A DNA stretch of 25,201 bases from Bdellovibrionia bacterium. Lineage in GTDB: Bacteria > Bdellovibrionota > UBA1018. Within the stretch, counting starts at the first letter, position 1. Each line of letters begins with the position of its first letter. The stretch spans positions 1 through 25,201 of the forward strand of contig JBMSSC010000028.1 in the NCBI GenBank assembly GCA_049424145.1, in the 5' to 3' direction. This document shows, piece by piece, positions 1-9,420 of the stretch. The notes beneath the pieces were generated by a model, which worked only from the letters and a program-made list of their open reading frames with translations, ran no database searches and had not been told where the DNA came from. The position numbers and the translations under genes are program-made.

Positions 1-2
1 GC

Positions 3-2951
3 TTCAATAGTCGGTCGGGGGCCGTGACGTTAACCTCTTCTGACGTCACGGGAGCCTTAACTTACTCGCCCGTGAGTCGAGCTGGGGATTCAATGAGTGG
101 GGCTCTTTCACTGCCAGCTAATGGTTTAGCAGTAGGCAGCAATCAACTCGTAGTTTCAGGTGGAAAGGTCGGCATTGGAACGAGCACTCCAAATGTAACG
201 CTCACGATCGCGGGAGGATTTGAAGCCTCTGGAACCCTGAATCTTGGTCCAAACGACGCATCAAACAATTCAGTCTCCGGATCCCAGGCTGTAGCCATGG
301 GTTACTGGAATAGTATTTCCAGTAACCGCTCTCTGGTTGTGGGCGACTCGAACATCATTTCTGCATCGAATAATTCAGCAGCCTTCGGAGATGGGAATGA
401 AATTTCAGGGGGAGTATGGAATTCTTTTGCAGCTGGTAATTACAATGAGATCTATAGTTCTCAAGGTTTTGCGGTGAACGGCTACAACATTGTAAGGGGT
501 GGCAATAGCTTTGCTTCTGGAAAGTTTACCGAGGCCAATGGATGGGCGTCATTTGCAACGGGTTATGAAAATCAAGCCATCGGACGGTATTCATTTGTTG
601 CTGGATGGGGAAATGAGTCCAGAGCTCAATCCCAGTTTACCGTCGGTCAATTCAATACCTATCTAGGCACGGAAAGTCCGAACGATTGGATCGGAACTGA
701 TCCTCTATTCGTTGTCGGAAATGGAACTAATTACGGGTTCCGGTCAAATGCCCTGATGGTGCTGAAGAATGGAAACGTGGGTCTCGGCACGAACTCCCCA
801 ACCGTGAAGCTTCAGGTGGTGGGTACGGTCTCGGCGACCTCATTTGCCGGAAATTTTTCAGGGAACGCAACGACGGCTACTTCTGCAACCACTGCAACGA
901 ATCTTGCTGGGGGTACGAATGGATCCCTGCCCTATCAAACAGGAGAGGGAGCCACCGGGATGCTTGCGATTGGGGGCATAGGTCAGGTACTCATCTCCAC
1001 AGGCTCAGTTCCTCAATGGAGTGCAAGCCTTGGAGTCTCAAGCGGGGGCACAGGGATCACCTCCTACACCGCAGGAGATTTACTCTATGCTTCAGGGGCT
1101 ACGACTTTATCGAAGTTAGCGATTGGAACCAACGGACAAGCCTTAGTGGTCTCTTCAGGAACCCTCTCTTGGGGCTTTCCAGCTTCATTCTCAGGGAGTT
1201 TAGCAGGGGACGTGACGGGTACTCAAGGGGCGACCTCGATTGCTGCAGCAACGGTCACTGGAAAATTACTCACGGGCTTCTCATCAGGAGCAGGTACGAT
1301 CTCTGCGTCAGATTCGATCCTTTCAGCCCTTGGGAAGTTAGATGGAAATGTGGGGGCTCGGGTCTTAAAGTCAGGTGACTCGATGACGGGGGGTCTCTTT
1401 CTAAATTCTACTGGTCCCACTCTTGCTCTGGAAGCGGCAAGCAAGCAGTATGTGGACGCAGCGGTAGCAGGATTTTCAGGCGGAGTTACAAGCTTCAATA
1501 CACGAACAGGAGCCGTGAACTTGAGCTCTTCCGACATTACGGAAGCCTTAGCTTATTCTCCCTTGAATCGATCCGGGGATACCATGAGCGGGGTTCTCTC
1601 CTTACCTACAGACGGACTCAGGATTGGATCCTCTCAATTGGTTGTCTCGAACTCCCGAGTGGGAATCGGAACTTCGACGCCTTCGGTTTCACTTCAGATT
1701 GGAACAGATAATACTTCAGGACGTCTGGAGATCAACGTCACAGGCAACGCCGATACGAGCTACATGGGGTTGAGTGACTTTGTTGCTAATAATCGAGTAT
1801 TCGCCTTCAGACCGTCCATGGGCGGTCCTCTCAATACCCCCAAAGGAGTCCCAATTACTGGATTTGGAGGATGGTGGGATGGCTTTGGAATTCTCTCATC
1901 AAAAAATAAAGACGAAACGATACAACCTGCATTTGGAGTCAATGCAAAGAATCAGACCTCCGGAATTTATGGAGTAGGAAATAACCTATTTAATGTTCAA
2001 CTGAATGCCCGCGTCACTACTTTCAATAACGTCTTGGATAATGGTGCGGGCCAAGCCTCTTTTTCCGGCAACGTTGGAATTGGAACTTCGAGTCCTACAA
2101 GCGCCTTGAGTGTCATCGGGACCGTTTCGGCAACATCATTTAGCGGAAGTTTCTCCGGGAACGCGACAACAGCCAGCACAGCAACTAATCTAGCGGGGGG
2201 AGCTGCTGGATCTTTGCCCTATCAAACGGCAGCGGGAACCACATCAATGCTGCCAATCGGAACCACCAGTGGGCAAGCTTTGATCGTCTCTTCAGGAATC
2301 CTCTCTTGGGGCTTTCCAGCTTCATTCTCAGGGAGTTTAGCAGGGGACGTGACGGGTACTCAAGGGGCGACCTCGATTGCTGCAGAAACGGTCACCGGAA
2401 AATTACTCACGGGCTTCTCCTCAGGAGCAGGCGTGGTTTCGGCCGCAGATTCGATTCTTTCAGCTCTAGGTAAATTGGATGGAAACGTTGGCGCTAGGGT
2501 GGCTAAGTCAGGGGATACGATGAGCGGGGTCTTAGGACTTCCTTCCAATGGACTGACAGTAGGAACCAATCAGCTGGTCGTGGCCAGTGGAAATGTGGGA
2601 ATCGGAACGACCACGCCCTCGGCTAAGCTTAAAGTTGCTGGGGGTCAAATCGTAGGAGAGTTTATCAGCTCCAGCAACAGTACAATTGATTTTAATGCGG
2701 CCAATATCCAATCCACCAATGTGGCAGCAGGTACTCTTTCGATTACTGCAAATTCCATGTTGGATGGGGGAGCGTATACTTTGGTTTTAAACAACGCAAC
2801 TGGAGGAAATTACACCTTTGTAAGCACTGGTCTCACTTTTAAATGTAATCCTGCATGTCCTGTGGTGGTGTCGGCTGGTTTAGAAACGGTTGTCACTTTC
2901 ATTAAAGCAGGGTCCACAGTCTTTTCCTCCTGGGTCCAAGACTTTCAATAG
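3..2951 (+). CDS. Modular phage-tail-fibre-like / trimeric adhesin (Bdellovibrio MAT-like), N-terminus outside the window
   Basis: Frame is open from position 3 (FNSRSGAVTLT...), so the gene starts upstream. G/S/T-rich, with repeated GNVGIGT/VGIGTSTP junctions, duplicated stalk segments, about 9 ~14-aa YadA-head-like repeats and a C-terminal IDFNAANIQ...LDGGAYTLVL domain. No S74 peptidase recognised. Confidence 0.8.
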   Translation, partial: FNSRSGAVTLTSSDVTGALTYSPVSRAGDSMSGALSLPANGLAVGSNQLVVSGGKVGIGTSTPNVTLTIAGGFEASGTLNLGPNDASNNSVSGSQAVAMGYWNSISSNRSLVVGDSNIISASNNSAAFGDGNEISGGVWNSFAAGNYNEIYSSQGFAVNGYNIVRGGNSFASGKFTEANGWASFATGYENQAIGRYSFVAGWGNESRAQSQFTVGQFNTYLGTESPNDWIGTDPLFVVGNGTNYGFRSNALMVLKNGNVGLGTNSPTVKLQVVGTVSATSFAGNFSGNATTATSATTATNLAGGTNGSLPYQTGEGATGMLAIGGIGQVLISTGSVPQWSASLGVSSGGTGITSYTAGDLLYASGATTLSKLAIGTNGQALVVSSGTLSWGFPASFSGSLAGDVTGTQGATSIAAATVTGKLLTGFSSGAGTISASDSILSALGKLDGNVGARVLKSGDSMTGGLFLNSTGPTLALEAASKQYVDAAVAGFSGGVTSFNTRTGAVNLSSSDITEALAYSPLNRSGDTMSGVLSLPTDGLRIGSSQLVVSNSRVGIGTSTPSVSLQIGTDNTSGRLEINVTGNADTSYMGLSDFVANNRVFAFRPSMGGPLNTPKGVPITGFGGWWDGFGILSSKNKDETIQPAFGVNAKNQTSGIYGVGNNLFNVQLNARVTTFNNVLDNGAGQASFSGNVGIGTSSPTSALSVIGTVSATSFSGSFSGNATTASTATNLAGGAAGSLPYQTAAGTTSMLPIGTTSGQALIVSSGILSWGFPASFSGSLAGDVTGTQGATSIAAETVTGKLLTGFSSGAGVVSAADSILSALGKLDGNVGARVAKSGDTMSGVLGLPSNGLTVGTNQLVVASGNVGIGTTTPSAKLKVAGGQIVGEFISSSNSTIDFNAANIQSTNVAAGTLSITANSMLDGGAYTLVLNNATGGNYTFVSTGLTFKCNPACPVVVSAGLETVVTFIKAGSTVFSSWVQDFQ
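1149..1294 (+). repeat. Direct repeat copy 1 (146 bp) within the adhesin gene
   Basis: Matches 2286-2431 with 4 mismatches. Perfect 86-bp run at 1163-1248. Offset 1137 bp = 379 codons. Confidence 0.95.
2286..2431 (+). repeat. Direct repeat copy 2 (146 bp) within the adhesin gene
   Basis: Matches 1149-1294 with 4 mismatches, same reading frame (VSSGxLSWGFPASFSGSLAGDVTGTQGATSIAA...). Confidence 0.95.
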
Positions 2952-2984
2952 ACGGGTAGGGATTCTGTGTTTTGGGCCCTCAGC

Positions 2985-3395
2985 CTAAGATCGACTCGGC
3001 GCGTGGGTGCGAATGTACTGGACTACTTCTTCTAAGCTTGCGCCTGGGGTAAAGACCATATGAACCCCGGATTTTTTCAGCAGCGGGATGTCCTCATCGG
3101 GGATGATGCCGCCTACAATAATGAGTGTATCGTTTAAGCCTTCTTTTTTTAGTCCTGAGATAATTTCAGGGACGAGGGCATTGTGAGCACCTGAGAGGAT
3201 GCTCAGGCCCACGACTTGGACGTCTTCTTGGACGGCCGCATTGACCACCATCTCAGGGGTTTGATGTAAGCCCGTGTAGATCACTTCAAATCCCGCATCG
3301 CGCAGGGCTCGGGCAATGACCTTGGCTCCACGGTCATGACCATCTAAACCAGGCTTAGCCACTAGGACTCGGATTTTTTGAGCTGCGCTTTGCAT
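2985..3395 (-). CDS. icmB: Acyl-CoA mutase small, cobalamin-binding subunit (IcmB/MutB-type)
   Basis: AKPGLDGHDRGAK (DxHxxG B12-binding motif), GLSILSGAH, GGIIP. Start overlaps the stop of the large subunit. Confidence 0.85.
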   Translation of the reverse strand: MQSAAQKIRVLVAKPGLDGHDRGAKVIARALRDAGFEVIYTGLHQTPEMVVNAAVQEDVQVVGLSILSGAHNALVPEIISGLKKEGLNDTLIIVGGIIPDEDIPLLKKSGVHMVFTPGASLEEVVQYIRTHAPSRS

Positions 3396-5101
3396 TAAAA
3401 ACTCCCTGTTTCTCGGTATTCACCAAAGACTTCCCGCATCTGATCGCAGATTTCTTGCAGAGTTGCAAAGGCTTTCACAGCGTTGAAGATGGGTTCAAAG
3501 ACGTTTTTTCCACCTTGTGCCGCCTCTTTGAGCTGTCTTAAGGCCTCGGCATGGGCTTTGGGGTTTCGTTTTCTCTTGAGTGCTTGGAGCGCCTCGATCT
3601 GGCGAGTCTCCACACTGCGATCAATGTACAGGGTATCGACTTTTCTATCCGGCTCAGGGGATTTGTACTTGTTCACGCCCACGATGACTTTTTCTCCACG
3701 CTCCAGCTGCCTTTGAAAATGATAAGCACTGTTGGCGATTTCGGATTGGGGGTAGCCTTTTTCAATGGCCTGGATCATGCCCCCCATGTCTTCGATCTTT
3801 TGGATGTAGGCCAAGGCTTCCTTTTCAACTCGACTCGTTAATCCTTCCATGAAGTAAGAGCCCCCAAAAGGATCTGCCACATTCACCACACCTGTTTCTT
3901 CTGCGATGATTTGCTGGGTGCGCAGAGCAATCATGACGGATTCATCTGTGGGAAGAGCAAGCGTCTCATCCATGCTATTGGTGTGAAGCGAGTTGGTTCC
4001 TCCGAGTACGCCTGCTAGGGCCTGAATCGCAACTCGCACAATGTTGTTGTAGGGCTGTTGAGCGGTGAGAGAAACGCCAGCTGTTTGGGCGTGGGTTCTT
4101 AACATCCAGGACTTGGGGTTTTTCGCCTGGTAGCGGTTGCGCATGAGGCGAGCCCAGATCCGTCGAGCTGCACGAAACTTGGCGATTTCCTCAAAAAAGT
4201 CATTGTGAATATCGAAGAAAAAAGACAAACGGGGTGCAAACTCATCGATGGAGAGTCCACGTTTTAAAGCCTCATCCACGTACGTGAGTCCATCAGAGAG
4301 TGTGAATGCAAGCTCTTGTACGGCCGTAGCCCCCGCCTCCCGGATGTGATACCCGCTGATGCTCACCGTATTCCATTGAGGGTAATGCTTGCTGCAGTAT
4401 TCAATAGAATCTGTCACCAAGTTCACCGCCGGAATTACGGGATAGATCCATTCCTTTTGAGCAATGTACTCTTTTAAAATATCGTTCTGCAGGGTGCCTC
4501 GGACTTGGTCTTTGGGGACCCCTTGCCGTTCAGCGACGGCAAAGTACATGGCTAAAATCACAATGGCCGGAGCATTGATAGTCATGGACGTAGTGACTTG
4601 ACCCAGGGGAATGCCAGAGAAGAGCGTCTCCATGTCTTCTAAAGAGGCCACGGACACGCCACATTTGCCCACTTCTCCTTTGGACCTAGGGCTATCCGGA
4701 TCAAATCCCATTAACGTCGGCATGTCAAAAGCCGTGGAAAGCCCAGTTTGACCGTTGGCCAAAAGCAGTTTAAAGCGCTGATTGGTGTCTTGGGCACTCC
4801 CAAAGCCTGCAAACTGCCTCATGGTCCAGAGCTTGCCCCGGTACATGCTGCGCTGAACTCCGCGCGTGTACGGGTACTCACCTGGAAAACCTAAGTCCTC
4901 TAAGTAATCCAGTCCCAGCTCGTCTAAGTCCAGGGGCGTGGAGAGGAGTGGAACCTCCATATCACTTAAGGTAGTGAACCTGCGGGTGGTCTGGGTTTTT
5001 GGCTCCGGGGCTTGGGCCAAGAGTTTTTCGTTCCACTCTTTTTGGAGTTTTCGGATGGACTCAAGGTCCCTGGGTTTGCTCCCCTTTGATTTCTGAGCCA
5101 T
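3395..5101 (-). CDS. icmA: Acyl-CoA mutase large subunit, isobutyryl-CoA mutase type
   Basis: Methylmalonyl-CoA mutase family motifs ([41 protein letters not shown]). F97 and Q215 sit at the positions of Tyr89/Arg207 in MCM (same 118-residue spacing). Confidence 0.8.
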   Translation of the reverse strand: MAQKSKGSKPRDLESIRKLQKEWNEKLLAQAPEPKTQTTRRFTTLSDMEVPLLSTPLDLDELGLDYLEDLGFPGEYPYTRGVQRSMYRGKLWTMRQFAGFGSAQDTNQRFKLLLANGQTGLSTAFDMPTLMGFDPDSPRSKGEVGKCGVSVASLEDMETLFSGIPLGQVTTSMTINAPAIVILAMYFAVAERQGVPKDQVRGTLQNDILKEYIAQKEWIYPVIPAVNLVTDSIEYCSKHYPQWNTVSISGYHIREAGATAVQELAFTLSDGLTYVDEALKRGLSIDEFAPRLSFFFDIHNDFFEEIAKFRAARRIWARLMRNRYQAKNPKSWMLRTHAQTAGVSLTAQQPYNNIVRVAIQALAGVLGGTNSLHTNSMDETLALPTDESVMIALRTQQIIAEETGVVNVADPFGGSYFMEGLTSRVEKEALAYIQKIEDMGGMIQAIEKGYPQSEIANSAYHFQRQLERGEKVIVGVNKYKSPEPDRKVDTLYIDRSVETRQIEALQALKRKRNPKAHAEALRQLKEAAQGGKNVFEPIFNAVKAFATLQEICDQMREVFGEYRETGSF

Positions 5102-5118
5102 TCATGCCCCCCTTTGAT

Positions 5119-6282
5119 CTATGCTTGGGTTTCAGCCCACTCTTGAGCTGCAATGACGAGGCGTTGAATCTCAGAGGTGCCTTCATAGATTTCTGTGATC
5201 TTGGCGTCCCTGAAGTTTCTCTCTACGACGTACTCTTTGGTGAACCCGTAGCCGCCATGGACTTGGATGGCCTTCGTGGTGATCCACATGGCAGCTTCCG
5301 ATGCGGCAAGTTTTGCCATCGCAGCCTCTCGGGTGAACTTTTGGCCTGAGTCCTTAGTTTTGGCTGCGTACCAGGTGAGTAGCCGAGCGCCTTGAAGTCG
5401 AGTGGCCATATCGGCAATGAAGAACTGAATGGCCTGCAATTTGGCAATGGGTGCTCCAAACTGCTCGCGTTCCTGAGCAAATTTCTTAGACGCCTCAAAA
5501 GCGGATTGGGCAATGCCTAGGGCTTGAGCGGCAATCCCAATGCGCCCCCCGTCTAAGGTCGACATGGCAATCTTAAATCCCTGACCCACGGATCCGAGTA
5601 AGCCCTCCTCGGGCACAAAGACGTCATCAAAAAACAGCTGAGCCGTGGAGGAGGCCGTGATGCCTAACTTATCCTCGAGCTTGGCCACTTGAAACCCCGG
5701 GGATTTCGTGTCGACGATGAAAGCGCAGATGCCCTTGTGCTTGAGCTTGGGATCAACGGTGGCAAGCAGGATGCAGTAGTCGGCTTCTTTTCCGTTGGTG
5801 ATCCAGTTTTTTGTGCCTCGAATCGTGTAGCCTCCTGGGACGGGAGTGGCCTTACATTTTAATCCCGCAGGATCAGATCCGTGCCCGGGCTCAGAAAGGG
5901 CAAAGCAGCCGATCTTCTCCCCTCGGGCAAGCGGGGTTAAGTACTTCTTCTTCTGAGCGTCATTGCCGTACTCCAAGATCGGGTAGCAGACGAGTGAGTT
6001 ATTCACGGAGAGGATCACCCCGGTTGAGGCACAGGCTGAGGAGATCTCCTCAATGGCCATGGCATAGGTGAGGGTATCGAGTCCTGCTCCACCCCAAGTT
6101 TCAGGAACCATCATGCCCATGAGACCAAGCTCACTGAGTTTTTGAATGATCTCCGTGGGAAAGCGTCCGGACTCATCGAGCTCTTTGGCCACTGGGCGAA
6201 TCTGATCATCAGCAAAGGCTTTGATCTGATCCAAAATGAGTTTCTTCGAATCATCCACATCCGGCCATCGGTGAGCACTCAT
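5119..6282 (-). CDS. Acyl-CoA dehydrogenase (butyryl/short-branched-chain type)
   Basis: FALSEPGHGSD, GTKNWITNG, LDGGRIGIAAQ, QVHGGYG, KITEIYEGTSEIQR. Start placed at ATG 6282 (SD AAGGGG), just after the crt stop. Confidence 0.92.
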   Translation of the reverse strand: MSAHRWPDVDDSKKLILDQIKAFADDQIRPVAKELDESGRFPTEIIQKLSELGLMGMMVPETWGGAGLDTLTYAMAIEEISSACASTGVILSVNNSLVCYPILEYGNDAQKKKYLTPLARGEKIGCFALSEPGHGSDPAGLKCKATPVPGGYTIRGTKNWITNGKEADYCILLATVDPKLKHKGICAFIVDTKSPGFQVAKLEDKLGITASSTAQLFFDDVFVPEEGLLGSVGQGFKIAMSTLDGGRIGIAAQALGIAQSAFEASKKFAQEREQFGAPIAKLQAIQFFIADMATRLQGARLLTWYAAKTKDSGQKFTREAAMAKLAASEAAMWITTKAIQVHGGYGFTKEYVVERNFRDAKITEIYEGTSEIQRLVIAAQEWAETQA

Positions 6283-6283
6283 G

Positions 6284-7072
6284 TTATAACCCCTTGAAGT
6301 TTGGTTTTCTCTTTTCACTAAAAGCGGTCATGCCTTCGATTTGATCCGGGCTTCCAAAAAGCCGGGAGAAGGCCTGAGCCTCGGCATCCAGTTTAAAATT
6401 CAAACCGGTGGACTCTGAAAACTCGTTCATGAGCTGCTTGGCCTTGGCAACAGCAGCAAAGGACTGAGTGCTGATGCTTTGAGCCAGTTCAATGACGTTT
6501 TTCATGAATTCGGAGGCGGGATAGACATGATTCACGAGTCCTAAGGCGAGCGCTTCATCGGCTTTGATTTTTCGCCCGCTGTAGATCAGTTCTTTGGCTT
6601 TGGGTAGGCCCACAAATTTGGCCAAGCGAATCGTACCTCCAAATCCCGGGATGATCCCTAAACCCACCTCAGGCTGACCAAAAACGGCGCGATCACTGGC
6701 TACGATGAAGTCACAGGAAATCGCCATCTCCGTGCCTCCGCCTAAGGCGTATCCCTGCACGGCTGCGACGGTGGGCTTTGGCATGAGCTCCAGTAACTTG
6801 GTGACTTCATGGCCCAGTTGTGCAAACTCAACGCTCTCAGAAACACTTTTTTTGGCCATCTCACTGATGTCTGCTCCAGCGATGAACGACTTTTCCCCAT
6901 CGCCTGTTAAAATCACCACGCGCGTGAGCGGGTCTTCGGCCTCCTGGGTTAAGGCGGTTTTCATTTCTCGGAGCACATCTGTGTTTAAGGCATTTAAAGA
7001 ATCTTGGCGTGAAACCTTAATGATCTTGATTCCGGGTTGAATGGTTTCGAGAATTAAATGCTTATAGTTCAT
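6284..7072 (-). CDS. crt: Enoyl-CoA hydratase (crotonase)
   Basis: FIAGADI, GYALGGGTE, FGQPEVGLGIIPGFGGT, C-terminal AFSEKRKPNFKG. Confidence 0.9.
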   Translation of the reverse strand: MNYKHLILETIQPGIKIIKVSRQDSLNALNTDVLREMKTALTQEAEDPLTRVVILTGDGEKSFIAGADISEMAKKSVSESVEFAQLGHEVTKLLELMPKPTVAAVQGYALGGGTEMAISCDFIVASDRAVFGQPEVGLGIIPGFGGTIRLAKFVGLPKAKELIYSGRKIKADEALALGLVNHVYPASEFMKNVIELAQSISTQSFAAVAKAKQLMNEFSESTGLNFKLDAEAQAFSRLFGSPDQIEGMTAFSEKRKPNFKGL

Positions 7073-7922
7073 ATTGATAAAATCCTCTTCCCGTTTTTTT
7101 CCCGAGCCATCCTGCAGCTACGTACTGTTTTAAGAGCGGAGAAGGACGGTACTTGGAGTCGCCTAAGCCCTCATGAAGCACTTGCATGATGGCTAAACAC
7201 GTATCGAGCCCAATGAAATCAGCTAAAGTCAAAGGACCCATGGGTTGGTTCGTTCCTAATTTCATGGCCGTATCGATGTCTTGGATGGAGGCCACGCCTT
7301 CATGAAGGGCGGTGATGGCTTCATTGATCATGGGCATGAGGATTCGATTGACGGCAAAGCCAGGCTGGTCCTTGGCTTCAATGAAGGTTTTTCCCATCCT
7401 CTCAGCCACGGATCGGACCTGTTGAAATGTTGCATCGCTCGTTTGCAGCCCTCGGATTCCCTCGACGAGCTTCATGACGGGCACGGGATTCATGAAGTGG
7501 ACGCCTGCAACCTGCGCCGGACGCTGGGTTTGAGCAGCAATCGCCGTGATGCTGATGGAGGAGGTATTGGACGCTAAGATCACGTGAGGGGGGCAGAGTT
7601 GATCGAGTTGTTTAAAAATCTGAAACTTGAGCTCAGGTTTTTCAGTCACAGCTTCGATGACCAAATCAGCTTGGCTTAAGCCTTGGATCCCATCGACGGG
7701 CCGAATGAGGCTTAGGGTTTGAGTCATTTGAGATTCACTGAGCTTCCCCTTTTCAACGAGTTTTTTGAGTTGAAGGGAAAGTTTGCCCTTGGCTTTTTCG
7801 GCAGCCGCTAGGGTTTGATCAGCGAGGTCCACGTCAAAGCCCGCTTGGGCTGCCGTCTGAGCAATCCCAGCACCCATTTGACCTGCTCCTAAAACCGCAA
7901 TTCGATTCACTTGCGCGGACAT
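7062..7922 (-). CDS. hbd: 3-hydroxybutyryl-CoA dehydrogenase
   Basis: GAGQMGAGIA, IEAVTE, ASNTSSISIT, HFMNPVPVM, GFAVNR, PMGPLTLADFIGLD, GWLGKKTGRGFY. Confidence 0.92.
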   Translation of the reverse strand: MSAQVNRIAVLGAGQMGAGIAQTAAQAGFDVDLADQTLAAAEKAKGKLSLQLKKLVEKGKLSESQMTQTLSLIRPVDGIQGLSQADLVIEAVTEKPELKFQIFKQLDQLCPPHVILASNTSSISITAIAAQTQRPAQVAGVHFMNPVPVMKLVEGIRGLQTSDATFQQVRSVAERMGKTFIEAKDQPGFAVNRILMPMINEAITALHEGVASIQDIDTAMKLGTNQPMGPLTLADFIGLDTCLAIMQVLHEGLGDSKYRPSPLLKQYVAAGWLGKKTGRGFYQYEL

Positions 7923-7986
7923 AAATGTTCAGTGAGTCCTTTCCTCAGTTTGAGTCAAGACTAACGGGCATTTGAGTAAAAACCAA

Positions 7987-9420
7987 TTACTTTCCAATAC
8001 AAAAGCTGGAAAAGATTTGCCCTAAAATGTCATCCGGTAGCGTTTCGCCAATCAAAGGCGCAAGCGAGTGAAGGGCTTGCCTGAGATCGGAGGCAAAAAG
8101 AGGAAGCTCGCAGGCATCCTGAGCGCGATTCAGGTGGTTTAGGGCTTCTTCAACGGCAGACAGATGATCTAACCGCGTTAAGATCAGCTCACCCTTTTCG
8201 CGGTGCACCTGCGTCTCACAGCACTCCAAGATCTTCTCAATCGCAGCCTCAATGCCTTGGGCTTGAACGGAGGAGGTCATCACCCACTGGGAAATCCCTA
8301 GGCCCTGAAAGTAATCTTGAAACGGGGTGAATAAAGCAGGGTCTCTTTGATCGGACTTGGTTAAAATCCCGAGCGTCTTTTTTGCTAAGGCAGGCGTTTG
8401 AGAGGAAATCTTCTGCACGGCTTGGTGAAGTCGATCCCAAAGCGCATCGAGTTGTTCAAAAGGAGAGAGGGGATCAATCACCCAGAGTAAAAGGTCCGCG
8501 GTCTGAATGGCGTCCAGGGAGCGTTCAATGCCGATTTTTTCAATCGGATGATCGGATTTTCTCACGCCTGCGGTGTCTTCTAAACGCAGAGTGAGAGAAG
8601 TTTTTTTCCCCCGAAGCGTGATTCGCTCTCCAATGACGTCTCGCGTTGTGCCCTCGTGCTCTGAAACAATGGAGCGATCCTGGCCTAAGATGGCATTGAA
8701 GAAACTGGATTTTCCGGCGTTCGGTAGTCCAATGAAGGCCACTCGAATGCCTTCTCTGAGCTTCGAGCCGCGCTCATAGGTGGCTTTCCAGGTCTCAAGC
8801 GTTTGATGAAGGTGTGTGAGCTTCTTTTGGAGCGTTTCAAGGGAGAGTTCCTCCACGTCTTGATCCGAGAAGTCAATCCCCAACTCAGCTAGGCTTGCTG
8901 CTTGTCTTAATCCCTGAGCTAAGCTCTCCAGTCGCTTGTTTTGGGTTCCAGAGAGTTTCTCTAGGGCTAGGCCTAAGGCTTGCTCATCAGTGGCGCCAAT
9001 TAAATCGGCCACGGCTTGAGCCTGAAACAGGGTGAGTTTGCCGTTTCTCACGGCCCTAAAACTAAACTCTCCTGGGAGGGCTTGCCGGATGCCATGATGG
9101 GCTAAGGTCTCCATGAGTCGGGGAGCAATGAATACCCCACCGTGAAGGTGGATTTCGAGCACGTCTTCGCCTGAATAGCTGTGGGGGGCAGGGAATCTCA
9201 CCATCAGCGCGTCATCTAAGAGCTCGCCCGTCTCAAGTAGGACGGGCGTTCGAAACAGTTTTCGAGCCTCGTAAAGAGCCGCTTTCTTGGAGCCCGTTAA
9301 GGACTCTAAGACCAAAAATGCGTGTGGCCCGCTGATTCGAATCAAAGAAATCGCCCCTCCTAAGGGAGTGGCAATCCCGGCAATCGTGTCCTCTCTGAAG
9401 TAACTTCGCGAGACGCTCAT
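7987..9420 (-). CDS. mnmE: tRNA modification GTPase MnmE/TrmE
   Basis: DTIAGIATP, SYSGEDVLEIHLHGG, PGEFSFRA, GLPNAGKSS, GTTRD, DTAG, C-terminal FCIGK. ATG overlaps the yidC stop. Confidence 0.95.
   Translation of the reverse strand: MSVSRSYFREDTIAGIATPLGGAISLIRISGPHAFLVLESLTGSKKAALYEARKLFRTPVLLETGELLDDALMVRFPAPHSYSGEDVLEIHLHGGVFIAPRLMETLAHHGIRQALPGEFSFRAVRNGKLTLFQAQAVADLIGATDEQALGLALEKLSGTQNKRLESLAQGLRQAASLAELGIDFSDQDVEELSLETLQKKLTHLHQTLETWKATYERGSKLREGIRVAFIGLPNAGKSSFFNAILGQDRSIVSEHEGTTRDVIGERITLRGKKTSLTLRLEDTAGVRKSDHPIEKIGIERSLDAIQTADLLLWVIDPLSPFEQLDALWDRLHQAVQKISSQTPALAKKTLGILTKSDQRDPALFTPFQDYFQGLGISQWVMTSSVQAQGIEAAIEKILECCETQVHREKGELILTRLDHLSAVEEALNHLNRAQDACELPLFASDLRQALHSLAPLIGETLPDDILGQIFSSFCIGK

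Noticed and set aside
3..2951. Fibre gene as a prophage tail gene or DGR target (template/variable repeat pair)
   Set aside because: No other phage genes and no reverse transcriptase in the window. Repeat mismatches are not adenine-specific and both copies lie in the coding stalk.
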